Positions 44,526 through 52,926 of a stretch of 64,000 nt of DNA are shown here, one piece after another; the stretch's first letter is position 1; every line of letters begins with the position of its first letter. The DNA is from Bacteroidia bacterium (GTDB taxonomy: Bacteria; Bacteroidota; Bacteroidia; Bacteroidales; CAJPTX01), in contig PDTX01000003.1 of assembly GCA_002749065.1 (NCBI GenBank), forward strand, positions 145,685 through 209,684, given 5' to 3'. The translations under genes were made by a program, and so were the position numbers. The notes beneath the pieces are model-generated. The model searched no databases, was not told where the DNA came from, and saw only the letters and a list, made by a program, of their open reading frames with translations.

Positions 44526-45422
44526 TTGCATTCGGAAGACGAGTATTCCCACATCCAGAGCCCGGGTTGTCCTGATTGCCTCCGGCGGCGCATTGAGCGG
44601 ACGCCGGCCTTTAGCCGCATGCTGGCGGGGGATAGGTCCCGCTTCATGGAGGAGGTGCAGGGGCTGCAGAGGGGCTTCCCGCCCCACGCGGCGCCGGTGG
44701 AGCTGCTGCGGGAGTGCTTCGCGCGGCTGGCCCGGGTGAGCCCCTGCATTGAGGATTGCTGGGATGCGCGGAAGGCGATGAACAACCGGATGCTGGACCT
44801 GCAGTCGATTTTGAAGGTGCGGGTCCGGATGGCTTCCCGCTCCTTCCGGGCGGCGTTGCGGGTGGCGCTGGCGGGCACCAGGGTGGACTTCCTGCATGCC
44901 GACCTGGACGATATCCTCGCGACCATCGACGAGCTGATGTCGACCTCCCTGCCGGTGGACCACGGCGCGGCATTGCGGGCGCGGATGCGCCGGGGGGCCA
45001 ACATCCTCTACATCGCGGGGGAGGCCGGGGAGGTGGTGCTCGACCGTATGTTCATCCGGAGCATCCCCCTGTCGAACATCACCTGCGTGGTGGCCTCGAC
45101 CTACGGCGGGCTGGTGGCCTCGGGCCAGGATGCCGACTACGTGGGCATGCGGCAGAGCTGCCACGTGCTGGCGAGCGGCTGCGGGGGGCCGGGCGTGCTG
45201 CTGCACCACGCCAGCGAGCGGCTGCGGGAGCTGTACCGGGAGGCCGACCTGATCATCGCCAAGGGGGAGCTGCAGCTCGAGTCGCTCTTCCCGGTGCACG
45301 ACGAGCGGCTGTTCTGCCTGTTCACCTGCCGCTGCGAGGCGGTGGCCGAGACCTTCGGCATAGCCCTGGGCGACACGGTCGTCCTCTCCCCCACCCTCCG
45401 GCTCCGGGAGCTGCGCGGCTAG
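44526..45422 (+). CDS. DUF89 / ARMT1-like damage-control phosphatase family protein
   Basis: The family typically begins just before a CxxC (here CPDC at about residue 15 from the TTG at 44526). There is no in-frame ATG before MLAGD. The TTG at 44526 lies 27 nt after a TACATTGT box (44492-99). The start is uncertain, since the track GTG at 44424 overlaps the greA promoter. Confidence 0.65.
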   Translation: MHSEDEYSHIQSPGCPDCLRRRIERTPAFSRMLAGDRSRFMEEVQGLQRGFPPHAAPVELLRECFARLARVSPCIEDCWDARKAMNNRMLDLQSILKVRVRMASRSFRAALRVALAGTRVDFLHADLDDILATIDELMSTSLPVDHGAALRARMRRGANILYIAGEAGEVVLDRMFIRSIPLSNITCVVASTYGGLVASGQDADYVGMRQSCHVLASGCGGPGVLLHHASERLRELYREADLIIAKGELQLESLFPVHDERLFCLFTCRCEAVAETFGIALGDTVVLSPTLRLRELRG

Positions 45423-45475
45423 CCCGCCGGCGGGGAGGGGGCCTGGCCCCATTTGGCGCGCGCGCAGAATTGTCG

Positions 45476-45483
45476 TACCTTCG
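45476..45483 (+). promoter_or_regulatory. -7 promoter box (TACCTTCG) for the aminopeptidase P gene
   Basis: Near-consensus box 33 nt upstream of the ATG at 45516. Confidence 0.4.
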
Positions 45484-45515
45484 CAAGAGTTTTCATGAAC
45501 ATAAGACGATAGGAT

Positions 45516-46931
45516 ATGAAGCTACCATTTTCAGCGCAGGAGTACGCACGGCGGCGGCAGGAGTTGCGCGAGCGGATACGCTCCGGCTTGGTACTGCTGC
45601 TGGGGAACGTGGAATCGCCCGTGAACTACCCCCACAACACCTTCAAGTTCCGCCAGGACAGCTCGTTTCTGTACTACTTCGGCCTGGACATGCCGATGCT
45701 GGCGGGGCTGGTCGACATCGATAGCGGCAAGGACCACCTCTTCGGCAACGACGTGTCGATGGAGGACATCATCTGGATGGGCAAGCAGCCCTCGATGCAG
45801 AGCCTCGGGGAGGGGGTGGGCATCCCGATGGACTGCGTCCGCCCCTACGACGAGCTGAAGGAGACCCTGCACCGGGCCGTGGCCGGGGGGCGCAAGGTGC
45901 ACTTCCTGCCCCCCTACCGGGGCGAGCACTTCCTGACGCTCAGCAAGCTGCTGGGCCTGAAGTCGGGCCGGGTGAAGGACTACGTGTCGGAGGAGCTGAT
46001 CGAGGCGGTGGTGGCCATGCGCTCGTGCAAGCAGCGCTGCGAGGTGGAGGAGCTGCGCCTGGCCGCGGGCATCGGCTACGAGATGCACACCACGGCCATG
46101 CGGATGGCGCAGAGCGGGGCCTTTGAGCAACACATCTACGGCACGATGGAGGGCATCGCGGCGAGCTACGGGTGCCAGACCTCCTTCCCGACCATCCTCT
46201 CGCAGAACGGGCAGATTCTGCACAACCACGACCACTCCCAGTACCTCAAGAAGGGGCGCCTGCTCCTGGTGGACGCGGGGGCGGAGACCTGCTCGCACTA
46301 CGCCTCGGACAACACGCGGACCATCCCGGTCGACGGGGAGTTCACCGATGTGCAGCTGCAGGTGTACAACACCGTGCTGGCGGGCGTGGAGCTCGGCGTG
46401 CAGATGAGCCGGCCGGGCATCCCCTACCGGGATGTGCACCAGGCGGTGAGCCGGGTGCTGGCCGAGGGCCTGCGGGACCTGGGCGTGATGAAGGGCGATA
46501 TCGACGAGGCCGTGGCCAGCGGCGCGCACTCCCTGTTCATGCCCCACGGTCTGGGCCACATGATGGGCATGGACGTGCACGACATGGAGGGCCTGGGCGA
46601 GGACTACGTGGGCTACGACAAGAACATCACCCGCTCGACCCAGTTCGGCCTCGGCGGCCTACGCTGCGGGCGGGTGCTGCAGGAGGGCTTCGTGCTGACC
46701 GTCGAGCCCGGGATATACTTCATCCCCGACCTGATTAAGAAGTGGCGCAACGAGAAGATCAACTCGGCCTTCATCGACTTCGAGGAGCTGGAGAAGTTCT
46801 ACGACTTCGGGGGGGTGCGCCTGGAGGACGACATCCTCATCAAGGAGGGCGGCTGCGAGATCATCGTCAAGGACGAGCGCATCCCCATCCGCCCCGAGGA
46901 GGTGTGCCGCCTGGTGAAGGAGAACCTGTAA
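45516..46931 (+). CDS. Xaa-Pro aminopeptidase (M24B, aminopeptidase P family)
   Basis: 471 aa. Metal-ligand motifs LVDAGAE..HYASD, HGLGHMMGMDVHD, VLTVEPGIY and VRLEDD. Confidence 0.9.
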   Translation: MKLPFSAQEYARRRQELRERIRSGLVLLLGNVESPVNYPHNTFKFRQDSSFLYYFGLDMPMLAGLVDIDSGKDHLFGNDVSMEDIIWMGKQPSMQSLGEGVGIPMDCVRPYDELKETLHRAVAGGRKVHFLPPYRGEHFLTLSKLLGLKSGRVKDYVSEELIEAVVAMRSCKQRCEVEELRLAAGIGYEMHTTAMRMAQSGAFEQHIYGTMEGIAASYGCQTSFPTILSQNGQILHNHDHSQYLKKGRLLLVDAGAETCSHYASDNTRTIPVDGEFTDVQLQVYNTVLAGVELGVQMSRPGIPYRDVHQAVSRVLAEGLRDLGVMKGDIDEAVASGAHSLFMPHGLGHMMGMDVHDMEGLGEDYVGYDKNITRSTQFGLGGLRCGRVLQEGFVLTVEPGIYFIPDLIKKWRNEKINSAFIDFEELEKFYDFGGVRLEDDILIKEGGCEIIVKDERIPIRPEEVCRLVKENL

Positions 46932-46975
46932 CCCTAGGGGCTGTCCCAAAGCCGGGTAGACCCCCTAACCTGCTG

Positions 46976-48826
46976 ATGCGACCTGAGCTATACGGGGGGA
47001 GTGGACGCTCCCCCCTTTTTCTCCTCCTAATCCTCGCGCTGATGCTGGCGGGCGGCCAGGCCCACGCCCAGCTCGACCGGCGCTACTACCTGCAGCGCGC
47101 CCACACGGCCTACCAGGCGGAGCAGTACACCGACGCCATCGCCACCCTGCGCGACTATCTGGACTACCGGCCCGACGACCGCATCGCCCTCTACCTGCGC
47201 GCCCTGTGCAAGTACCAGCTCAGGGACCACCGCGGCGCGCGGCGCGACCTCGACCGCCTGCTGGAGCAGCACCCCTTCGCGGCGGATGCCCTCGTGCTGC
47301 GCGGCCTGGTGGTTGGGGAACTCGGCGCGCCGGAGGAGGGTCTGGCCGACCTCAAGCAGGGCGTGGAGCTCCGGCCCAGCTCGCAGCACATCCGCTTCAT
47401 GCGGGGCATCGGCTACTTCATGCTGAAGGACTACCCGGCGGCCATCGACGACTTCAGCGTGATGCTCCGCGGCGACCCCGCCCACCTAGACGCGCGCCTC
47501 AACCGCGGCACCGCCCACCTGCTCAAGGGCGACACCCTGAGCGCGCGGCGCGACTACCTGGCCGCCATCATCGCCCACCCCTTCAAGCCCTCGCCCCACA
47601 TCCACCTCGCCCGGCTACACTACATGGCCCAGCACCTCGACTCCGCGGAGACCCAGGTGGAGGAGGCCCTAGAGCTGGACCCCAAGTCGGGCCAGGCGCT
47701 CATCATCCGCGCCCTCATACAGAGCACCAGCCAGAAGCCCCGGAAGGCCATCGAGACCCTCACGAAGGTCATCGCCCTCATGCCGCAGAACTCCATGGCC
47801 TACTACAACCGGGCCCTGCTCTTCATGCAGCTCGAGGACTACCGCCAGGCGGCCCACGACCTCGAGCGCGCCAGCCGCATCTCCCCCCGCAACATCTTCA
47901 TCCGCTACAACCGCGCGCTCGCCCACCTCTCCCTCGGCCAGCTCGCCCTGGCGGAGCAGAGCCTGAACATCGCCCTGGCCATCTACCCCGACTTCGCCCT
48001 CGCCTACGGGCTGCGAGCCGAGGTGCGGCGGCGGCAGGGGCGGATGCGCGCGTCGGAGAAGGACCACGACAAATCGCGCAGCCTGGCCAATCGCTACCGG
48101 CAGGGTGAGCTCGGCGAGCTCAGCGACACCACCCGCCAGCTCAACCAGCTCATCGCCTTCGAGGATGGCTTCAGCACGGGCGACAGGGCGCTGGACGAGG
48201 GGCAGGCCGGGGACCGCCCCCTGCCCATGGCCCGCATCGTGCAGGGCGGGGAGCAGGCCTACGAGGAGTGGCTACCCATACGCTACCTCGACAGCGGCCA
48301 GCTCGGCGGCCTGCGGCTGGCCATCCTGCCACCCGATGCGCCGGAGGGGCACTCCCCCACCCTCCCAGCCCTCGACTCGCTCGCCGGGGCGAACCCCCTC
48401 CTCCGCCCCCTGGCCAGCTACCAGAAGGCCGTGGCCGACATCGACCGCATACGCTTCGCCCCCCTCGACGCGCGCGGGGGCATACCCTCCGGGCGGGGCT
48501 ACGAGCCTATCCCCACCGGCCGGGCCGACTACCGCGAACCCATCGCCCGGCTAGAGCAGCTGCGCCAGGCCACCCCCTCGCCCTACATCGACTACACCCT
48601 CGCCACGGCCCACTACCTGCAGCGGAACCCCGCGCGCGCCGAAGCCCTCCTGACCCACGCCATAGAACGCTGGCCGGAATTCGCCGAGGCCTACTTCAAC
48701 CGGGGGTTAATCCGCCTGATTCTCAAGAAGAATGAGGAGGCCTGCCTCGACCTCAGCCGGGCCGGTGAGCTAGGCGTACCCCAGGCATACCGGGCCATAG
48801 CCAGCAGCTGCCTAAGCAGTAAGTAG
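46976..48826 (+). CDS. secreted tetratricopeptide-repeat protein
   Basis: 616 aa from the ATG at 46976, after the pepP stop. The signal peptide is LFLLLILALMLAGGQAHA. There are many TPR-like A..Y/A..D..A/P repeats. The upstream part of the track ORF overlaps pepP. Confidence 0.8.
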   Translation: MRPELYGGSGRSPLFLLLILALMLAGGQAHAQLDRRYYLQRAHTAYQAEQYTDAIATLRDYLDYRPDDRIALYLRALCKYQLRDHRGARRDLDRLLEQHPFAADALVLRGLVVGELGAPEEGLADLKQGVELRPSSQHIRFMRGIGYFMLKDYPAAIDDFSVMLRGDPAHLDARLNRGTAHLLKGDTLSARRDYLAAIIAHPFKPSPHIHLARLHYMAQHLDSAETQVEEALELDPKSGQALIIRALIQSTSQKPRKAIETLTKVIALMPQNSMAYYNRALLFMQLEDYRQAAHDLERASRISPRNIFIRYNRALAHLSLGQLALAEQSLNIALAIYPDFALAYGLRAEVRRRQGRMRASEKDHDKSRSLANRYRQGELGELSDTTRQLNQLIAFEDGFSTGDRALDEGQAGDRPLPMARIVQGGEQAYEEWLPIRYLDSGQLGGLRLAILPPDAPEGHSPTLPALDSLAGANPLLRPLASYQKAVADIDRIRFAPLDARGGIPSGRGYEPIPTGRADYREPIARLEQLRQATPSPYIDYTLATAHYLQRNPARAEALLTHAIERWPEFAEAYFNRGLIRLILKKNEEACLDLSRAGELGVPQAYRAIASSCLSSK

Positions 48827-48858
48827 CCAGGGGCTTCGATTTTTCCCGCATTCTTTTC

Positions 48859-48866
48859 TACCTTTG
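48859..48866 (+). promoter_or_regulatory. -7 promoter box TACCTTTG for the GNAT acyltransferase gene
   Basis: Perfect box 39 nt upstream of the ATG at 48905. Confidence 0.5.
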
Positions 48867-48904
48867 CCAAGCGAATTGGCTTGAAGAACTAGAGAAGCAG
48901 AAAG

Positions 48905-49849
48905 ATGCAGGAAATCATAGCCCCCGTGGCCCCCGAGCTCATCGAGAAGGAGCTCACCCCCGAGCTATTCCTCCGTAAGGCCAACAGCGGCGGCACGGAG
49001 ATCTACCACTTCACCGCCGCCCAGGCCCCCAACACCATGCGGGAGCTCGGCCGCCTACGTGAGGAGGCCTTCAGGGACGCGGGGGGCGGCACAGGGCTAG
49101 AGCTGGACATCGACGCCTTCGACACCTCCGAGCACCCCTACCACCAGCTGGTGGTGTGGGACCCCGCCGAGCGGCTCATCCTCGGGGGCTACCGCTACAT
49201 CATCCCCTCGCGCCAGGGCTTCACCCTGGAGGACATGGCAACCTACGAGCTCTTCGACTTCTCGCCAGAGTTCATCGACAGCTACCTGCCCCGAGCCATC
49301 GAGCTGGGGCGCTCCTTCGTGACGGTGGCCTACCAGGGGACCAAGCTCCGCCGCAAGGGCATGTTCGCCCTCGACAACCTCTGGGACGGCCTCGGTGCCA
49401 TCCTCCGCCTCAACCCGGGCATCGACTACTTCTTCGGGAAGGTCACCATGTACACCACCTACCACCCCGAGGCCCGCAACGCCCTGATGTACTTCCTGCG
49501 CAAGCACTTCCCCGACAAGGACCGCCTCGTCTTCCCCCGCCAGCCCCTCGAGATGCACATCGACTCCGAGCGGCTCGCCCAGCTATTCTGCGGCGAGAGC
49601 TTCCGGGAGGACTTCGAGCACATCGTGGCCGAGACCAAACGCCTCGGGGAGTACGTGCCGCCGCTCATCAAGTCCTACATGAGCCTGAGCGCCACCATGC
49701 GCGTCTTCGGCACGTCCATCAACCCCGACTTCGGGGGCGTGGAGGAGACCGGCATCCTGGTGACGGTAGACGACATATACGACGAGAAGAAGCAGCGGCA
49801 CATCGACACCTTCAACCCCGACCGCGGCATGCGGATGGGCGTATCCTAG
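48905..49849 (+). CDS. GNAT-family N-acyltransferase (hemolysin-like; OlsB/GlsB-type lipoamino-acid synthase)
   Basis: 314 aa. The N-terminal pattern ...MRELGRLREEAFRDAGGGTG...D.D.FD..Y.QL.VWD is typical of the Bacteroidota 'hemolysin'/GlsB group. Confidence 0.75.
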   Translation: MQEIIAPVAPELIEKELTPELFLRKANSGGTEIYHFTAAQAPNTMRELGRLREEAFRDAGGGTGLELDIDAFDTSEHPYHQLVVWDPAERLILGGYRYIIPSRQGFTLEDMATYELFDFSPEFIDSYLPRAIELGRSFVTVAYQGTKLRRKGMFALDNLWDGLGAILRLNPGIDYFFGKVTMYTTYHPEARNALMYFLRKHFPDKDRLVFPRQPLEMHIDSERLAQLFCGESFREDFEHIVAETKRLGEYVPPLIKSYMSLSATMRVFGTSINPDFGGVEETGILVTVDDIYDEKKQRHIDTFNPDRGMRMGVS

Positions 49850-51942
49850 CCCACCTTCTCGTAGCCGAAGACCCGCTTCAGCGAGGCGATGTGCTCCCGG
49901 AGCGGCTCGTTCTCCGGCTTGAGCAGCAGGGGGTCCTCGGCGCATATCTCCCGGGCCCGGTCGCGGGCAAAACCCAGGAGCTCACCGTCCTCGGCCAGGG
50001 AGGCCAGCTTGAGCTGGGCGTTGTGCCCGCTCTGCTGCGTCCCCTCGAGCGAGCCGGAGCCCCGTAGGCGCATGTCCGCCTCGGCGATCTCGAAGCCGTT
50101 GGTGGTGCGCACCATGGTGGCCAGCCGCTCATGCGCCGAGCTCGACAGCTTGTAGTCCGTCACCAGAACGCAGTGGGAGAGCTCCCCGCCCCGCCCCACC
50201 CGGCCCCGCAGCTGGTGGAGCTGGGAGAGGCCGAAGCGGTCGGCGTTCTCTATGACCATGACCGTGGCGTTAGGCACATCGACCCCGACCTCGATGACCG
50301 TCGTTGAGACGAGAATGTGCGCCTCGCCCCGCTTGAAGCGCCCCATCGCGGCCTCCTTCTCCTCGGGGCGCATCCGTCCGTGCACGATCTCCACGCTCAG
50401 GGAGGGGAAGGCCTCCACCAGGCGGGCGTGGCCCTCGGTCAGCGACTGCAGCTCCAGCTTCCCGTTCTCCTCTATGAGGGGGAAGACCACGTAGGCCTGC
50501 CGCCCGGCGGCTACCTCGCGCTGCAGCAGCCCGTAGACCTCGGCCCGCTGCGTCTCGTACATGTGCGCCGTGCGTATGGGCTTTCGGCCCGGGGGCAGCT
50601 CGTCTATCACGCTCACGTCGAGGTCGCCGTAGAGGGTCAGGGCGAGGGTCCGCGGGATGGGGGTGGCCGTCATGATGAGCACGTGCGGCGCGTAGCCCTC
50701 AGCCTTCCGCCAGAGCTTGGCCCGCTGGTCGACCCCGAAGCGCTGCTGCTCGTCGACCACCACCACCCCCAGCTTGGGGAGGCGCACCCAGTCCTCGATG
50801 AGGGCGTGCGTGCCCACCAGGATGTGGAGGTAGCCGCTCTCCGCGCCCACGAGTATCTCGCGCCGGGCCCTGGCGGGCGTGCTGCCGGTGAGCAGGGCCA
50901 GGTGCACGGGGAGCCCGCTGAGCATCCTCGAGAGGGTGCCGAAGTGCTGCTGGGCCAGTATCTCGGTCGGGGCCATGAGCATGGCCTGGTAGCCATTGTC
51001 GGCGGCCAGGAGCATGGTGAAGAGCGCGACGACCGTCTTGCCGCTGCCGACATCCCCCTGCAGCAGGCGGTTCATCTGCCGGCCGCTGCCCATGTCGCCA
51101 CGTATTTCGCGCACGACGCGCTTCTGGGCGTTGGTGAGGTCGAAGGGCAGGGCCTCGCGGTAGAGGCGGTGCGTGAGCTCGCCCACCCGGGGGCACTCGA
51201 AGCCCTTGTACGCGATGCGGTAGGACTCGTGGAGCTGGAGGAGCTGGACCTGGATGCCGAACAGCTCGTCGAACTTGAGCCGCCCGATGGCGTGCCGGGC
51301 CTGCTCGCCGTCCCGGGGGAAGTGCACGGCCGTCACCGCCTCGCCGTAGGGCATGAAGCGGTAGCGCGAGAGGAGGCCCTCCGGGAGGTACTCGGCCAGG
51401 TGGGGCCGGGCCCACTGGAGGGCGGCACCCATCAGGCGGAGTATGCCCCGCGAGTTGAGGCCCGCCTTCTTCATCTTCTCGCTGGCGTGGTAGAGTGGCT
51501 CCATGGGGATGCGGTCCTGCTGCTGGGGGTTGTAGAGGTTGACCTCGGGGTGGGCCATGGTCACGCTCCCGCCGAAAACGCTCAGCCTGCCGAAGACCAG
51601 GTACTGCCCCCCCACCCTGAAGCGCTTGTAGAGCCACTGTATGCCCTTGAAGAAGACGCAGCGGATACGCCCGCTGGCATCCTGAAAATCAACCACCAAG
51701 CGCTGCTTCCGCCCCACCCCCTCGCAGGCTATGTGCACCAGCTGGGCCACGAACTGGTAGTGCTCGCCCTCGCGGCTCATCCCGCGGATGGGCGTGAGCA
51801 CCGAGCGGTCGATGTAGCGGTAGGGGTAGTAGGCCAGCAGGTCGCCCACCGAGACGATGTCCGCCTCCTGCGACAGCAGCTTCACGTACCGCTCCCCCAC
51901 GCCCGGCACGAGCGATATGGGGGCTTCGAGCGCATTCCTCAT
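49846..51942 (-). CDS. recG: ATP-dependent DNA helicase RecG
   Basis: 698 aa with a wedge domain. Motifs LQGDVGSGKT, VVDEQQRFG, MTATPIPRT and HQLRGRVGRG. Confidence 0.95.
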   Translation of the reverse strand: MRNALEAPISLVPGVGERYVKLLSQEADIVSVGDLLAYYPYRYIDRSVLTPIRGMSREGEHYQFVAQLVHIACEGVGRKQRLVVDFQDASGRIRCVFFKGIQWLYKRFRVGGQYLVFGRLSVFGGSVTMAHPEVNLYNPQQQDRIPMEPLYHASEKMKKAGLNSRGILRLMGAALQWARPHLAEYLPEGLLSRYRFMPYGEAVTAVHFPRDGEQARHAIGRLKFDELFGIQVQLLQLHESYRIAYKGFECPRVGELTHRLYREALPFDLTNAQKRVVREIRGDMGSGRQMNRLLQGDVGSGKTVVALFTMLLAADNGYQAMLMAPTEILAQQHFGTLSRMLSGLPVHLALLTGSTPARARREILVGAESGYLHILVGTHALIEDWVRLPKLGVVVVDEQQRFGVDQRAKLWRKAEGYAPHVLIMTATPIPRTLALTLYGDLDVSVIDELPPGRKPIRTAHMYETQRAEVYGLLQREVAAGRQAYVVFPLIEENGKLELQSLTEGHARLVEAFPSLSVEIVHGRMRPEEKEAAMGRFKRGEAHILVSTTVIEVGVDVPNATVMVIENADRFGLSQLHQLRGRVGRGGELSHCVLVTDYKLSSSAHERLATMVRTTNGFEIAEADMRLRGSGSLEGTQQSGHNAQLKLASLAEDGELLGFARDRAREICAEDPLLLKPENEPLREHIASLKRVFGYEKVG

Positions 51943-51949
51943 GGGGTGG

Positions 51950-51957
51950 CAAATGTA
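51950..51957 (-). promoter_or_regulatory. -7 promoter box TACATTTG (minus strand) for recG
   Basis: Perfect box with only 7 nt between it and the ATG at 51942. Confidence 0.45.
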
Positions 51958-52039
51958 CGAAAAAGCGATGAGCCGCAGAAGATGCGGGGGATGAAAAAAT
52001 ACACCCCCTTCGCTTGTTTTGCTATTCCCCCGATTTTTC

Positions 52040-52047
52040 TACCTTTG
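52040..52047 (+). promoter_or_regulatory. -7 promoter box TACCTTTG for the HmuY-like gene
   Basis: Perfect box 36 nt upstream of the ATG at 52083. Confidence 0.5.
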
Positions 52048-52082
52048 CGGGCAACCATTATTAATACTAACTCAAGATTGCG

Positions 52083-52778
52083 ATGAGAAGACTATGGATT
52101 ATGGCCCTGCTCCTCGCGGGCGGCCTGGCCCTTTTGGCCTGCAAGAAGGATAAGGACAGCGGCAAGGGAAAGGGTGCGGGGATAGATGTACCCACGGAGG
52201 CGAAGAAGATAGAAATCGAGGGTACTCTCCACGTGCAGTTTGGACATATCACCTACATCAACCTCCAGACCGGAAAGCAGGAGCGGCACGAGGTGCCCAG
52301 GCCGTACTACAAGGTGGACGGCACGGAGGTGGTGCCTGCGCCCAAGGAGCAGACGGTGCCCACCGACTGGGACATCGCCTTCCACCACTGGTACCCGGCG
52401 ACCAACAAGGGGGCGGCCATCATGACGGACAAGACCGACCTCAACGAGGTAAACGCTGTGCCCGGGGCCGATGCGCCCTGGGTGGAGGATGAGTACATCA
52501 CCACCTTCACGGGCGAGGTGAAGGGGGGCCGGGAAGAGGCCCTGGTGCATATGCTACCCACCAAGGAACACTTCTACCAGATGTACGCCAAGATGTACTT
52601 CAACTCGGAGCTGGCCAAATTCGACAAGACCGTGAGCAAAGATATGCCGAGGGAACACTTTCTGCAGGATAATGTCTTCATCCTGAAGTCGCGCGGCAAG
52701 GTCTACGCCCTGCGTATCTACGCGAAGAGGGCTTCGGATGCGTGGAAGCATACCGTCGTCGCCAAGGAGCTGCAGTAG
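52083..52778 (+). CDS. HmuY-like lipoprotein (putative hemophore family)
   Basis: 231 aa with lipobox LALLA-C-KKD. It has the WDIAFHHW motif typical of the HmuY family and lies directly upstream of a TonB-dependent receptor. Confidence 0.7.
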   Translation: MRRLWIMALLLAGGLALLACKKDKDSGKGKGAGIDVPTEAKKIEIEGTLHVQFGHITYINLQTGKQERHEVPRPYYKVDGTEVVPAPKEQTVPTDWDIAFHHWYPATNKGAAIMTDKTDLNEVNAVPGADAPWVEDEYITTFTGEVKGGREEALVHMLPTKEHFYQMYAKMYFNSELAKFDKTVSKDMPREHFLQDNVFILKSRGKVYALRIYAKRASDAWKHTVVAKELQ

Positions 52779-52793
52779 CTTGGCCCCAGGATT

Positions 52794-52831
52794 AGCGCCG
52801 CGGCAGGGCTTGGCATCTGCCGCGGCGCTTT
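52794..52831 (+). terminator. 13-bp intergenic hairpin between the HmuY-like and receptor genes (attenuator/partial terminator?)
   Basis: AGCGCCGCGGCAG (52794-806) / CTGCCGCGGCGCT (52817-829), followed only by TTT. Confidence 0.4.
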
Positions 52832-52926
52832 GGTCACGAAATGGGTTCCCCCATCCTGAATTGTGGGGATATTTCGTGGGGTATTTCCCCAAAATATTTG
52901 CCAACCACGAGTAATCTCACATCACC

